From positions 6,005 to 70,004 of the forward strand of contig DUFD01000038.1 in the NCBI GenBank assembly GCA_011171075.1: DNA of 64,000 nucleotides, given 5' to 3'. The notes beneath the pieces were generated by a model. That model did not search any database. It saw nothing but the letters and a program-made list of their open reading frames with translations, and was not told the DNA's origin. Within the stretch, counting starts at the first letter, position 1. The number at the start of each line of letters is the position of its first letter. The translations under genes were made by a program, and so were the position numbers. This DNA comes from Dehalococcoidia bacterium (GTDB lineage: Bacteria; Chloroflexota; Dehalococcoidia; Dehalococcoidales; Fen-1064). Shown one piece after another: positions 55,864 through 63,946 of the stretch.

Positions 55864-57864
55864 CTACACCGCACCCAGCGACAACCGCTGTTCGTATTCG
55901 CCGCGCTCCGGTAGATAGGCCAGCGTTATCGCTACCACCCTCCTTTTCCCCTCACTGAGTCCGGCACGGATATCCGTTATGTCAATTACATCGTATAACT
56001 GCTGTCCGCAGTTCACCGGCACCCGAATCATACCCTCAACCGACTCTATTTCTGCCTCGCGCAGGTAAGCGTCGCCTCTTTCTTCTGCCCGTACCACGGT
56101 ATCGATATTGCTGTCATCAATAAGTGTTAAACGGTCGTGGAGCCTGGCTATCTGCTCCCAAGAAAAAGAATCGACGATAATGGCGGTACCGCCCACCGGG
56201 TCAAGGCCCTCGACACGCACCCGGTTGAATCCCCAGGCCCCGTGCCGATACCTGCCCTCCAGGATGTCATGGTCCTGCCCGTAGCTATAAACCGAACTGT
56301 CCGAAGACTGCGGATTGACGATATATGCGATATTACCTTCAATAAATAGAACGTCGGGCACAAAGGAGAGCAGCCTGCGAACAATGTCGTCGCCCCGGTT
56401 ACCGGGATGAACCGTGAAGTCCGGGTAGTAGCCGGTGATAACGGAAGACTGCGACTGCACCCCAAGTTTCATACCGACCCTGGCAAGGACAAACGCGAGG
56501 ATATCCTTCACTGGCATCTCGTCCGAGTCCTTGTTCCAGCGGAACTGGTGTCTGGCCCGCCAGCTTCCAATTAGCCGCCAGCTATCAGGAGCGTGCAGGA
56601 CGACACTCGCCTTACCCCCGCGGCTGACGTATTCAAAGGCCTCCAGCCAGTAGGCAAGGCACGGACTGCACTCTTCCCCCTCAGAAGTAACACATCCGGG
56701 ACCAAACTCAATCTGACAGCCGATATGCAGCATGGACAGCGCACCTTCTCCCGGCGAAGCATATTGCCCATCATCGTTACGTAGCTCAACAGTCAGGCCT
56801 CCACCGCCAGGATGTGTCTCCTGCCGCACGGAGAGGACATCAGCGGTCAGGTCGAGACCCTGCTCAGCCAGCGAGGCGCGCCAGACTCCAGAGGGGCTCG
56901 TCATCCAGCAGTAATCGCCATGGTGGGCCATCGCCAGGCCGTACTCACCTGCCAGTTCCATCGGTATTGGCTCGTGCCAAAGACCTTCAGTAAAAGTCGA
57001 GCCGGTGACGGTGTGAGACCAGAACGGACGGTCATAAGACTGGGTACCGGAGAATTTCTCAGCATACAGACCGCGGTAGACGTCCGGTTTGTCCAGAAAG
57101 GGACAGCCGTATTCGAAATTGCCACCGGCCGGAGCTGAAGCAAATCCCCGGAGTGCCGACCAGGTACCGACCGAGACCTCTCCGCCATCACCATAGACAA
57201 GGGACCATAGCATGTAGTTACCCGCCATGTCCTGACCGGTAACCCAGAGATTCCAGTCGGCATCATAGGTAGCGGCTGCCCCGGAAAGAGTACCGGTGGT
57301 CTTGTCCCAAGCCACCTTGGACTGCCAGTTACCCCCAAGGCACTTTTTCACGTAAAAGGTGGGACCGTCAGCGAAAAAAAGGGCCAGGTCACCATTGGGC
57401 TTGTAGGCAGCCGCCAGAGCAACCCCAGCGGTGATACAATAGTCGATAAGCTCCGGACTGCCCCAGCTGACACCGTAATCAGTGCTTTTAATACGCCGGA
57501 CGGCATTGCTGGTGTTTACCCAGAAGATAGAGACCTCTGCCCCCTGAGATGCGACGGCCATGCAGACACAGTTGTACTGACCGACGTACGTCCAGTTGCT
57601 GAAATCGGACAGTGGTCCGGGCTCGGACACTGTCTGGCGGTAGAGCTTCCTGGAATCAGAGGGAGGCCCTATCCGTACCCGCACCAGAGCGCCATTGCCC
57701 GGCATGGTCATTCCGTGGAAGTAATCGTCCTCGCTACCGGTGTAGAGCCTCTTCCAGTCAAAACGGACGATACCAGCAACCCTGTTCCTGGCATCCACCC
57801 TGACATACGGGGTGTGACTGGCTGCCTTTTGGGCTACCGTCAGTGTATTTGATAACTCTCGCAT
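55864..57864 (-). CDS. phage tail protein: N-terminal BNR/Asp-box beta-propeller-like region fused to a gpD/gp27-like hub region
   Basis: Asp-box STDYGVSWG. The C-terminal half resembles late-control-D/baseplate-hub proteins, from my recall only. Confidence 0.5.
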   Translation of the reverse strand: MRELSNTLTVAQKAASHTPYVRVDARNRVAGIVRFDWKRLYTGSEDDYFHGMTMPGNGALVRVRIGPPSDSRKLYRQTVSEPGPLSDFSNWTYVGQYNCVCMAVASQGAEVSIFWVNTSNAVRRIKSTDYGVSWGSPELIDYCITAGVALAAAYKPNGDLALFFADGPTFYVKKCLGGNWQSKVAWDKTTGTLSGAAATYDADWNLWVTGQDMAGNYMLWSLVYGDGGEVSVGTWSALRGFASAPAGGNFEYGCPFLDKPDVYRGLYAEKFSGTQSYDRPFWSHTVTGSTFTEGLWHEPIPMELAGEYGLAMAHHGDYCWMTSPSGVWRASLAEQGLDLTADVLSVRQETHPGGGGLTVELRNDDGQYASPGEGALSMLHIGCQIEFGPGCVTSEGEECSPCLAYWLEAFEYVSRGGKASVVLHAPDSWRLIGSWRARHQFRWNKDSDEMPVKDILAFVLARVGMKLGVQSQSSVITGYYPDFTVHPGNRGDDIVRRLLSFVPDVLFIEGNIAYIVNPQSSDSSVYSYGQDHDILEGRYRHGAWGFNRVRVEGLDPVGGTAIIVDSFSWEQIARLHDRLTLIDDSNIDTVVRAEERGDAYLREAEIESVEGMIRVPVNCGQQLYDVIDITDIRAGLSEGKRRVVAITLAYLPERGEYEQRLSLGAV

Positions 57865-57906
57865 TATCTCTCCCGATAACTACAACAATACCGCCAGGAT
57901 ATCTGC

Positions 57907-58575
57907 CTATGGACCATAGTCGGTGGCCTTGGATACCGGCGGATAGTAAGACTGATAGAGAGACCTTGCTCTCACCCGGTTTTTCCTGCCCAGCCTTCTC
58001 AGCTCCTTGCGGAAGTAGCTCAGCTTTTCACGTCCCCATTTTTGCAATTGCTCCGGGGTACCGGCACCACCGACATTTGCCCGATTAATGGCATAGACCG
58101 CCCACTCAACGGCAGCGTAACCGCAGGCACCGACTGCAATCAGGTCTTCATACTGAGAAGGAATTGTCGATGTGTCAGCATCCAGGTTATGTAGCTTACC
58201 GTAGTAGATATTGGCGTCGGAGCCGTCCGGCACCTCGGTACCGAGCAGGGTTACGGTATCCGCCCACAGGGCAAAACGCTGGTATACAGGCGGGAACCTG
58301 CCCACGGGGTATTCCACGGCCTGCACCATGACCCGCTCCGTAACGGCCGATATATCAATTTCCCTCGAACCTGATGCGGTCGGCATGGTCACCCTCTGCT
58401 CGTTGGGAATCGCTTCGGAGAAGTCCTTCACCACATGGGCAATGTGCCTGTCAAGTTCATCATCCGACCAGCGATAGTTCCCTGCATCCTCATCATGCAG
58501 GTCCCGTCTGACTATCGTCCGCATTTCTGATAGATTCATAACGACCTCTCCTGTCCGGACAGGGAGTCGGGACAT
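57907..58575 (-). CDS. phage virion protein (adaptor/tail-tubular-like), family not recognised
   Basis: 222 aa directly downstream of the capsid-like gene. The true start may be the internal Met MNLSEMR at 58539. Confidence 0.4.
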   Translation of the reverse strand: MSRLPVRTGEVVMNLSEMRTIVRRDLHDEDAGNYRWSDDELDRHIAHVVKDFSEAIPNEQRVTMPTASGSREIDISAVTERVMVQAVEYPVGRFPPVYQRFALWADTVTLLGTEVPDGSDANIYYGKLHNLDADTSTIPSQYEDLIAVGACGYAAVEWAVYAINRANVGGAGTPEQLQKWGREKLSYFRKELRRLGRKNRVRARSLYQSYYPPVSKATDYGP

Positions 58576-58615
58576 TTACGTCACCAACCCCCAATCCGGT
58601 TCGCTACAGATTTAA

Positions 58616-59419
58616 CTAGTCCTGAACACCAATCAGTGCAGCCGCCTTTATCGAGCTGAAGAGCGCCAGCGAGACGTACCACTTGATGCGACTCCGCGTG
58701 GCGTCCTTGGTCTCAAGTGAACCAATCGGCTCGACTGTCAGGTGCCCGGGTGCGGTCAGACCGCAGAGGCCACCCTCCCCGAACTGCAGCGCATAGATGG
58801 TGGAGCAATCACCACCGGTGGTGTCCGTTTCCACCCCACCTTCAACAACATGGGTATCCAGTATCCAGTCGTTGACACCTATAGGTATTGAGTCCCACAA
58901 CTGGACAAAGTTGCCCCAGCTATCGCGGTCGGAGTCCATCAGGCCACCGGATGCCCTGACCAGAGCATTAATCTTACGCCGTGAGCGGCGACTCATCAGT
59001 AATATATCGGGCTTGCCGCCCTTGATGGCGTCGATAAGCTCGTCCAGCATGGACAGGGTCAGGGTGGCCCCGGATGCACCGGCCGCCACCACCTGGTCAC
59101 TTTCAGTCCCGGTATCAATAAGTTCCCTGACTCCGTCGAACTGCTTGGGCTCGGATGTGGCATCGCCGTAGATGAAGGTCTCCTCAAACTTGTCCTTGAG
59201 CGCCTTAGCCTTCAACTCAACCACCGCCGCCTCCAGGTCCTGGACATTGGAGCGGGTCGCCTTGAGAAAGTTATCGACATCGGCGTCGCCACCCATGATT
59301 TTGAGAAGGGCCGTCTTCTGCTCGAAGGTCGGCGTTGATTCCGCCCAGGTATCACCCACGTCGTAGAAATCGATGGAAGGCAGGGTCTTTTCCTGATTAC
59401 AGAGTTGTACCCTTGCCAA
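58616..59419 (-). CDS. HK97-fold major capsid protein-like, apparently lacking the N-arm (TTG start only)
   Basis: FIYGDATSEPKQFDGVRELI, LLMSRRSRRKINAL and IYALQFGEGGLCGL resemble SPP1 gp13/HK97-type capsid blocks. An in-frame TGA lies 5 codons upstream of the TTG. Confidence 0.6.
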   Translation of the reverse strand: MARVQLCNQEKTLPSIDFYDVGDTWAESTPTFEQKTALLKIMGGDADVDNFLKATRSNVQDLEAAVVELKAKALKDKFEETFIYGDATSEPKQFDGVRELIDTGTESDQVVAAGASGATLTLSMLDELIDAIKGGKPDILLMSRRSRRKINALVRASGGLMDSDRDSWGNFVQLWDSIPIGVNDWILDTHVVEGGVETDTTGGDCSTIYALQFGEGGLCGLTAPGHLTVEPIGSLETKDATRSRIKWYVSLALFSSIKAAALIGVQD

Positions 59420-59551
59420 TAAGACTGTATGTCAAAAACTACAGGTCAGAAAGGGAACTGGTTCAGGCGTAGGATAGGCAGAAATAACAGAAAATATGTT
59501 AACTCTTACATTACACATAACAGTTATTATGTTTAAAAAAAGGAGTAGACA

Positions 59552-59722
59552 ATGGACAGGCGGCAATACTTTGCTAGGATGCAGACAGCCAACCAGCTAC
59601 GCTCTGAGCACGAGTTCAGCAACGAGCTACTCGGCAGGATTCGGAAGGCCATCGAATTACTGAGAATGGGTGCCGACGTGGAGCAGGTAGTGAACGTGCT
59701 GGAGGGCAAGGATACGAATTAA
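59552..59722 (+). CDS. 56-aa helical protein (below the ORF-track cutoff)
   Basis: AGGAG at 59541 precedes the ATG. MDRRQYFARMQTANQLRSEHEFSNELLGRIRKAIELLRMG... Confidence 0.4.
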   Translation: MDRRQYFARMQTANQLRSEHEFSNELLGRIRKAIELLRMGADVEQVVNVLEGKDTN

Positions 59723-59909
59723 GAGGCGTTAGGAGCCAGAGAAGTGTATTGGTATTACTTCTCAGGAAAAGGCGGTTTATTTTTGATTACAGGCATCCAG
59801 GGACTTGTATTTTCAAATGTTTTATATTAAAATTATATATAATTAAACTACAATATAACACTTAGACTTTAACAACAGAATATCGGCCCGAAACTACTAG
59901 TTTTAATTG

Positions 59910-59966
59910 GGGCAGGCACCTGCGGACTCCGTGCCAAAAACTGAGTCAAGGTGCTTGCCCTTTTTA
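59910..59966 (+). terminator. long hairpin plus T-run immediately upstream of the AbrB-like gene
   Basis: GGGCAGGCAC (59910-59919) pairs with GTGCTTGCCC (59951-59960), followed by TTTTTAT. An alternative inner pairing is GGCAC/GTGCC. Confidence 0.5.
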
Positions 59967-59985
59967 TATTAAGAAAGGAGGCAAA

Positions 59986-60228
59986 ATGAAAATTGAGGAC
60001 AAGCTCAAAGTATTAGCGGAGAGACCCGAGATATTCGGAATTACCAAGCTAATCAAAATTGGGGGCTCTTACGCCATAATCGTACCAAAACTCTGGTTGG
60101 AATTCAACGGCGTTGAGGTAGACGGAGAATACTACTGTCGATTAGAGGTTGCGAACAGTCAATTGGTTTTCAGCCCAATTGCGCCTGAGGATATTGAATC
60201 AGTGGTTATAAGGGAGAAAAAGTCATGA
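59986..60228 (+). CDS. AbrB/MazE (SpoVT)-fold DNA-binding protein
   Basis: KIGGSYAIIVPKLWLEF is the swapped-hairpin signature. AAGGAGG lies upstream. Confidence 0.65.
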   Translation: MKIEDKLKVLAERPEIFGITKLIKIGGSYAIIVPKLWLEFNGVEVDGEYYCRLEVANSQLVFSPIAPEDIESVVIREKKS

Positions 60229-61094
60229 TAGGAGTAGATGAAATTCTGGATGCACTGAAGGTGACGGTGTACACGGGAGCAATCAAGGGCGAGAATCCCC
60301 TGAGTATATTCCTGATGGCAAAGGTCGGCAGCGGCAAGACCTCAATGGTCAAGCAGGTGGCTAGCAAAACGAAGGTTGAGCAAGTCGAAGTTGGCAAAGG
60401 CAAGGACAAGAAGAAAATCGACATACGGAAGATTGACGGCTCTGTGCTGTACGCAACGCAGGTAACTCCGTTTGCCCTGTACACAAGTTATGGAGCAGAA
60501 CTCAAAAAGGGGCATATCAAGCACATCATTATACCCGACTTTCTTAGCATCTTGAACCAGCCCAAATACCAAATGATGCAGGTCGTGCAATTTTTCAACC
60601 ACTTAATCGAGGAAGGTATCATGTCAGTGGAGAGCCGAGACAGCCGATTCCTGAGTGAGGTGCCTGTGACGGTAGGCTTAATCACGACGATGGCCAAACA
60701 GGACTTTCGGCGAAGGAAGCCAGAACTAGCAGCTTGTGGTTTCCTGTCCAGGCTGCTTCCGCTTAGCTTCCGATACTCCGATAAGACCAAAGTCGAAATC
60801 ATAGATTCAATTGGTCTGAGAGAATACCGCAAAGCCATGACTAATTTCAACATCAAGCTGCCACCAGAAACAGAAGTGGAGTTGAGACAAGAGGAGGTTC
60901 AAATTATCAAGTACCTGGCTCTGCGTTGTAAAGACCCTGAGGACGACCTGGGTGCACGCAGGGTCAAGCAACTTCAACTGTTTGCTATGGGCAACGCACT
61001 GATGGACGGGCGGGACATCACGAACTCTGCTGATACCGACAAGATTCTAGAGTACATCAAGTTCGTGAACTACGAGTGCAGAGTGGAAATCTAG
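60225..61094 (+). CDS. P-loop NTPase (AAA-like), family not recognised
   Basis: Walker A AKVGSGKTS, Walker B-like HIIIPDF. ATGA overlap with the AbrB-like gene. Confidence 0.6.
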   Translation: MIGVDEILDALKVTVYTGAIKGENPLSIFLMAKVGSGKTSMVKQVASKTKVEQVEVGKGKDKKKIDIRKIDGSVLYATQVTPFALYTSYGAELKKGHIKHIIIPDFLSILNQPKYQMMQVVQFFNHLIEEGIMSVESRDSRFLSEVPVTVGLITTMAKQDFRRRKPELAACGFLSRLLPLSFRYSDKTKVEIIDSIGLREYRKAMTNFNIKLPPETEVELRQEEVQIIKYLALRCKDPEDDLGARRVKQLQLFAMGNALMDGRDITNSADTDKILEYIKFVNYECRVEI

Positions 61095-61148
61095 TGTGAT
61101 TTGGAACACACCCCCTGTGTAGAAATTTAAAGAAAGAGAGGTAAAGAA

Positions 61149-61358
61149 ATGGACTATGAAAATCGGCCAAATATTGTAATCTGGAGGTGCTCCGAGTGCG
61201 GTGCAACAAAAGAGGGGGGTATGCGTCCGCCGGAGGGTTGACTAGAGATTTCATTCTGGAACGGGGTGAGATTCATCCGGTATGCATTTTGCTCGTATAG
61301 CTGCACTAGCATATGGTCGGGGAAGCGGTATGACGCCCAACCGAAGGAGGTGCGATGA
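61149..61358 (+). pseudogene. zinc-ribbon paralogue interrupted by an in-frame TGA (61239-61241)
   Basis: The 30-codon ORF plus a 38-codon continuation in the same frame aligns with the next gene. The TGA sits where the paralogue has Trp (PPEG*LEIS versus PPAGWIETS). Confidence 0.55.
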
Positions 61359-61585
61359 TGCGCTACGTGTATTGGCAGTGCGATTACTGCGGTAAGCAAA
61401 CAACGGAACCGAGTCCGCAGCCACCTGCGGGCTGGATTGAAACGTCCTGGTATGACCAGGTGTACCAGAAATTCAGACGCATGGTTTTCTGCTGTAACCA
61501 ATGTGCTATCGATTTTCTGGAGAACCGCATCAAAGTGCTTGCTGAACGAAAGGAGGAAGCAAATGGCAATCGAGAGAGTTGGTAG
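61355..61585 (+). CDS. small zinc-ribbon protein (CxxC...CxxC)
   Basis: WQCDYCGK ... FCCNQCA. Its ATG overlaps the stop of the upstream paralogous frame (ATGA). Confidence 0.55.
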   Translation: MMRYVYWQCDYCGKQTTEPSPQPPAGWIETSWYDQVYQKFRRMVFCCNQCAIDFLENRIKVLAERKEEANGNRESW

Positions 61586-61808
61586 GGTAGCGAGAGTACG
61601 CTGGTTTGAAACCAAGTTGTGCTTGCGTGATTTCATGCGTATTCGATGGAAGCAGAAGCCAACGACAAGTTTCGGTGTGATACAACGTGAGACCGCTAAG
61701 TGGATGTGGCTGGCTACATGCATCAGACCCAATGGCACTGCGGACGTATTGAAAATTGAGAAGGTGTTTATCGATGAAGTAAACGTGTTATGGAGGGACT
61801 TTGATTGA
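61563..61808 (+). CDS. hypothetical 81-aa protein
   Basis: AGGAGG at 61551-61556 precedes the ATG at 61563. This is the internal start of track ORF 61437..61808. Confidence 0.4.
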   Translation: MAIERVGRVARVRWFETKLCLRDFMRIRWKQKPTTSFGVIQRETAKWMWLATCIRPNGTADVLKIEKVFIDEVNVLWRDFD

Positions 61809-62089
61809 AGAACTTGACGGGTCAAACAGTAGCAGTGACGTGGGAGGACGTCATGTCGTTCATCGACGACACCGATGTCAAGGATATCAAATCAGAGGAG
61901 CCCTACCTGGTTGAGAGCCACGGCAAGGTAGTTCTTGAGGATACCGATTACCTTTATATAGCCAGCGACCTTGCTGTCAATCACACCGGGGACAAACCGT
62001 TAAAGCACGCTCTGAGATTACCCAGGGCGTATATCAGAAAAATAACATTGATGGAGGAACGAAATGAGATTTGGATTACCGAGACGTAA
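61805..62089 (+). CDS. hypothetical protein
   Basis: 94-aa ORF. Its TTG start overlaps the upstream stop. Confidence 0.4.
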   Translation: MKNLTGQTVAVTWEDVMSFIDDTDVKDIKSEEPYLVESHGKVVLEDTDYLYIASDLAVNHTGDKPLKHALRLPRAYIRKITLMEERNEIWITET

Positions 62090-62798
62090 AAAGGTCCGGG
62101 GAAAAGGAATCAGCCCAGAGACCAAATCCAGAAATGCCAAGGCACGTACCGATGCTTACCTGTCCGACGTGTGGCTCAAGATGCTCAGGCAAGACCCGGA
62201 ATTGGCTAAGGAAATTGCCAAAGCGAAGTTTGGAGTAGAGGTTAGTGTCGGAGAGAATCACGACTACACGGGTTACGAACCACCTGACTTACTCGAAACC
62301 TTGAGGCAAGCCCGTGAAGCCCGTGACTTAATCAGGGATGAACTCGAACCAGAGGGCAAGGGTAGCGTTATCCGAGATATTGCTGAGGTCATGAGGTATA
62401 TTCCTGCAGCCATTCAGATGATAAAGCAGCAACAGGCACCACAGGAAGTTTATCCCCCCGTACAACGACAGCAACTGGCTCCGCAACAACTTACGGGTGA
62501 CGCTTATGTGCCGAAGCCCGCAAAGAAAACGGCAATTCTTGCGGACTTGCTAGAGGTATCAGAGCTTACACCACAACAAGCCTATGACAAGCTCCAAGGC
62601 ACAGGCTGGCAACAATTCCTCAAGGAAAATACATTCGGCCAGCTAGTCGATACACTGAAAACGCTGGAAGTCGACCCGCAATTTGGGAGCTATGTTACCG
62701 AGTTTTTGGAGCAAAAGTCGGATTGGTTGAGGGAATTATCAGCAATTGCCAACAAAACGGGGGCAAATTCAGGTCAAACGTATGTTTCTTCCGAGTAA
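62064..62798 (+). CDS. hypothetical protein with a basic N-terminus
   Basis: 244 aa, MRFGLPRRKKVRGKG..., helical and Gln-rich in the middle. No family recognised. Confidence 0.45.
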   Translation: MRFGLPRRKKVRGKGISPETKSRNAKARTDAYLSDVWLKMLRQDPELAKEIAKAKFGVEVSVGENHDYTGYEPPDLLETLRQAREARDLIRDELEPEGKGSVIRDIAEVMRYIPAAIQMIKQQQAPQEVYPPVQRQQLAPQQLTGDAYVPKPAKKTAILADLLEVSELTPQQAYDKLQGTGWQQFLKENTFGQLVDTLKTLEVDPQFGSYVTEFLEQKSDWLRELSAIANKTGANSGQTYVSSE

Positions 62799-62962
62799 TT
62801 CGGGGCAAAAAGGAGCAAAAACGGGGTTTTTGTAACGGAGTGTAATTACTTATGAATTACACGTTTCAGAGGTACAAAAAAAAGGATTGCTGGCGGCGGA
62901 CGCGACACATTGGCAGTGTGGCAGTACGTCAGAAGGTCAGCATTGGCGGCGGATGCGGCGTA

Positions 62963-62997
62963 GGCAAATTAACGTCCTTTAGGACGTTAATTTTGCC
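62963..62997 (+). terminator. near-perfect hairpin AAATTAACGTCC-ttt-GGACGTTAATTT with a T-run
   Basis: Read directly. A 12-bp perfect stem extended by GGC/GCC, downstream of the 244-aa gene. Confidence 0.55.
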
Positions 62998-63033
62998 GAA
63001 GCGCCAGTAAAATTTGCACACAGGAGGGTGACA

Positions 63034-63165
63034 ATGCAGGAACTTGACGATTTGATAGAAGTCATGCGTAGGAAGGGGTTTTCTGAGGCCGAAATCAACA
63101 AGGCAATCCGCTTTGCCTATCTGGTAGCGTGGATGCTCTACGGGTTCCGGCCTCAGAACAACTAG
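63034..63165 (+). CDS. 43-aa protein (below the ORF-track cutoff)
   Basis: AGGAGG at 63022-63027. MQELDDLIEVMRRKGFSEAEINKAIRF... Confidence 0.35.
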   Translation: MQELDDLIEVMRRKGFSEAEINKAIRFAYLVAWMLYGFRPQNN

Positions 63166-63417
63166 TCAGTAGGGCTGATGGCAAACAGGGCATGTACCTG
63201 AGCCGTTTTTGCGGAAATTTATCTTGCAGTGGTCACACCAAGTGTAGCTTTCCATTGCTTCCATGGTGGCACGGTCGAGGGCACTGCTGGCTATGCGGAA
63301 GAACTCGATTTTATCGGCTGTGGGCTCCCCAATGAGCACGAGCATCAACATTCTGTAAGTCTGGCCATCAGGCGTGATTTCGTCCGAGATTGAAAGTTGT
63401 CCAACTGCGACTTCCAT
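63166..63417 (-). CDS. small protein with a C-terminal zinc ribbon
   Basis: CDHC ... CPVC in the last 25 residues. Abuts the convergent 43-aa ORF. Confidence 0.45.
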   Translation of the reverse strand: MEVAVGQLSISDEITPDGQTYRMLMLVLIGEPTADKIEFFRIASSALDRATMEAMESYTWCDHCKINFRKNGSGTCPVCHQPY

Positions 63418-63466
63418 TTTTCAAAACTCCTTAAATTCTTGTGGCGTGCCAGCAGCCACGCACTGT

Positions 63467-63946
63467 TTACGGGTCTTGAGAGTGGAATGAAATTGTGAAG
63501 CCCTTTTCCCCGTTTACGCAGGTGGAGCCAATTGTAATTTCGAGGGTAACAGTGTCGCTGGCACCAACTGCTAGGGATTGCAGGACATTATGACTGGTGC
63601 CAGGAGCACTCGCTCCGTCCCCGTTCCAGTCAAATGTGGAACCTGCGCACACTGCTGATTCGAAATCATCCGAGATTGCCGAAACTTTCAGGGGAACGTC
63701 CCCCTCATTCGTGACTGTGAAGGTTATCAGGTCAGTGGTGCCGTTGCGGTACATCGTGCCCAGTTCTAGGCTGTCGGGCGTCACGCTGATTTCACCATTG
63801 GTCTCGATGGTCACGCTGCCCGGGATGAGCTGCGTGAAGTAGAACGCAGCTACGACTGCACCGCTGAGTATGCAAATGGCTGTGAGCACAGCCATTGAGG
63901 AGAAAATGGGGATTCCGAAGATTTTGCGTTTCATGTTTTGCATCAC
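63467..63946 (-). CDS. secreted beta-rich protein with a TasA/camelysin-style (SipW-type) N-terminal region
   Basis: Hydrophobic helix followed by AAFYFTQLIPGSVTIE, then an Ig-like body (ITFTVTNEGDVPLKV). Confidence 0.45.
   Translation of the reverse strand: MMQNMKRKIFGIPIFSSMAVLTAICILSGAVVAAFYFTQLIPGSVTIETNGEISVTPDSLELGTMYRNGTTDLITFTVTNEGDVPLKVSAISDDFESAVCAGSTFDWNGDGASAPGTSHNVLQSLAVGASDTVTLEITIGSTCVNGEKGFTISFHSQDP

Larger units (their letters stand above)
55511..59419 (-). mobile_element. phage-derived structural gene module (capsid-like, adaptor-like, tail/hub-like, small beta protein)
   Basis: Four co-directional genes with virion-protein features. No terminase, portal, protease or integrase in the window. 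Confidence 0.55.

Noticed and set aside
58616-59419. Encapsulin (nanocompartment shell) interpretation of the 267-aa HK97-fold protein.
   Set aside because: The size fits, but the sequence blocks resemble phage capsid proteins rather than encapsulin as I recall it. The downstream genes look like tail and adaptor proteins, not cargo enzymes with targeting peptides.
61154-61825. 223-aa minus-strand ORF in the lower-GC element.
   Set aside because: It overlaps three plus-strand genes that have RBSs, coupled stop/start codons and zinc-ribbon motifs. Its own sequence is compositionally odd and has no RBS.
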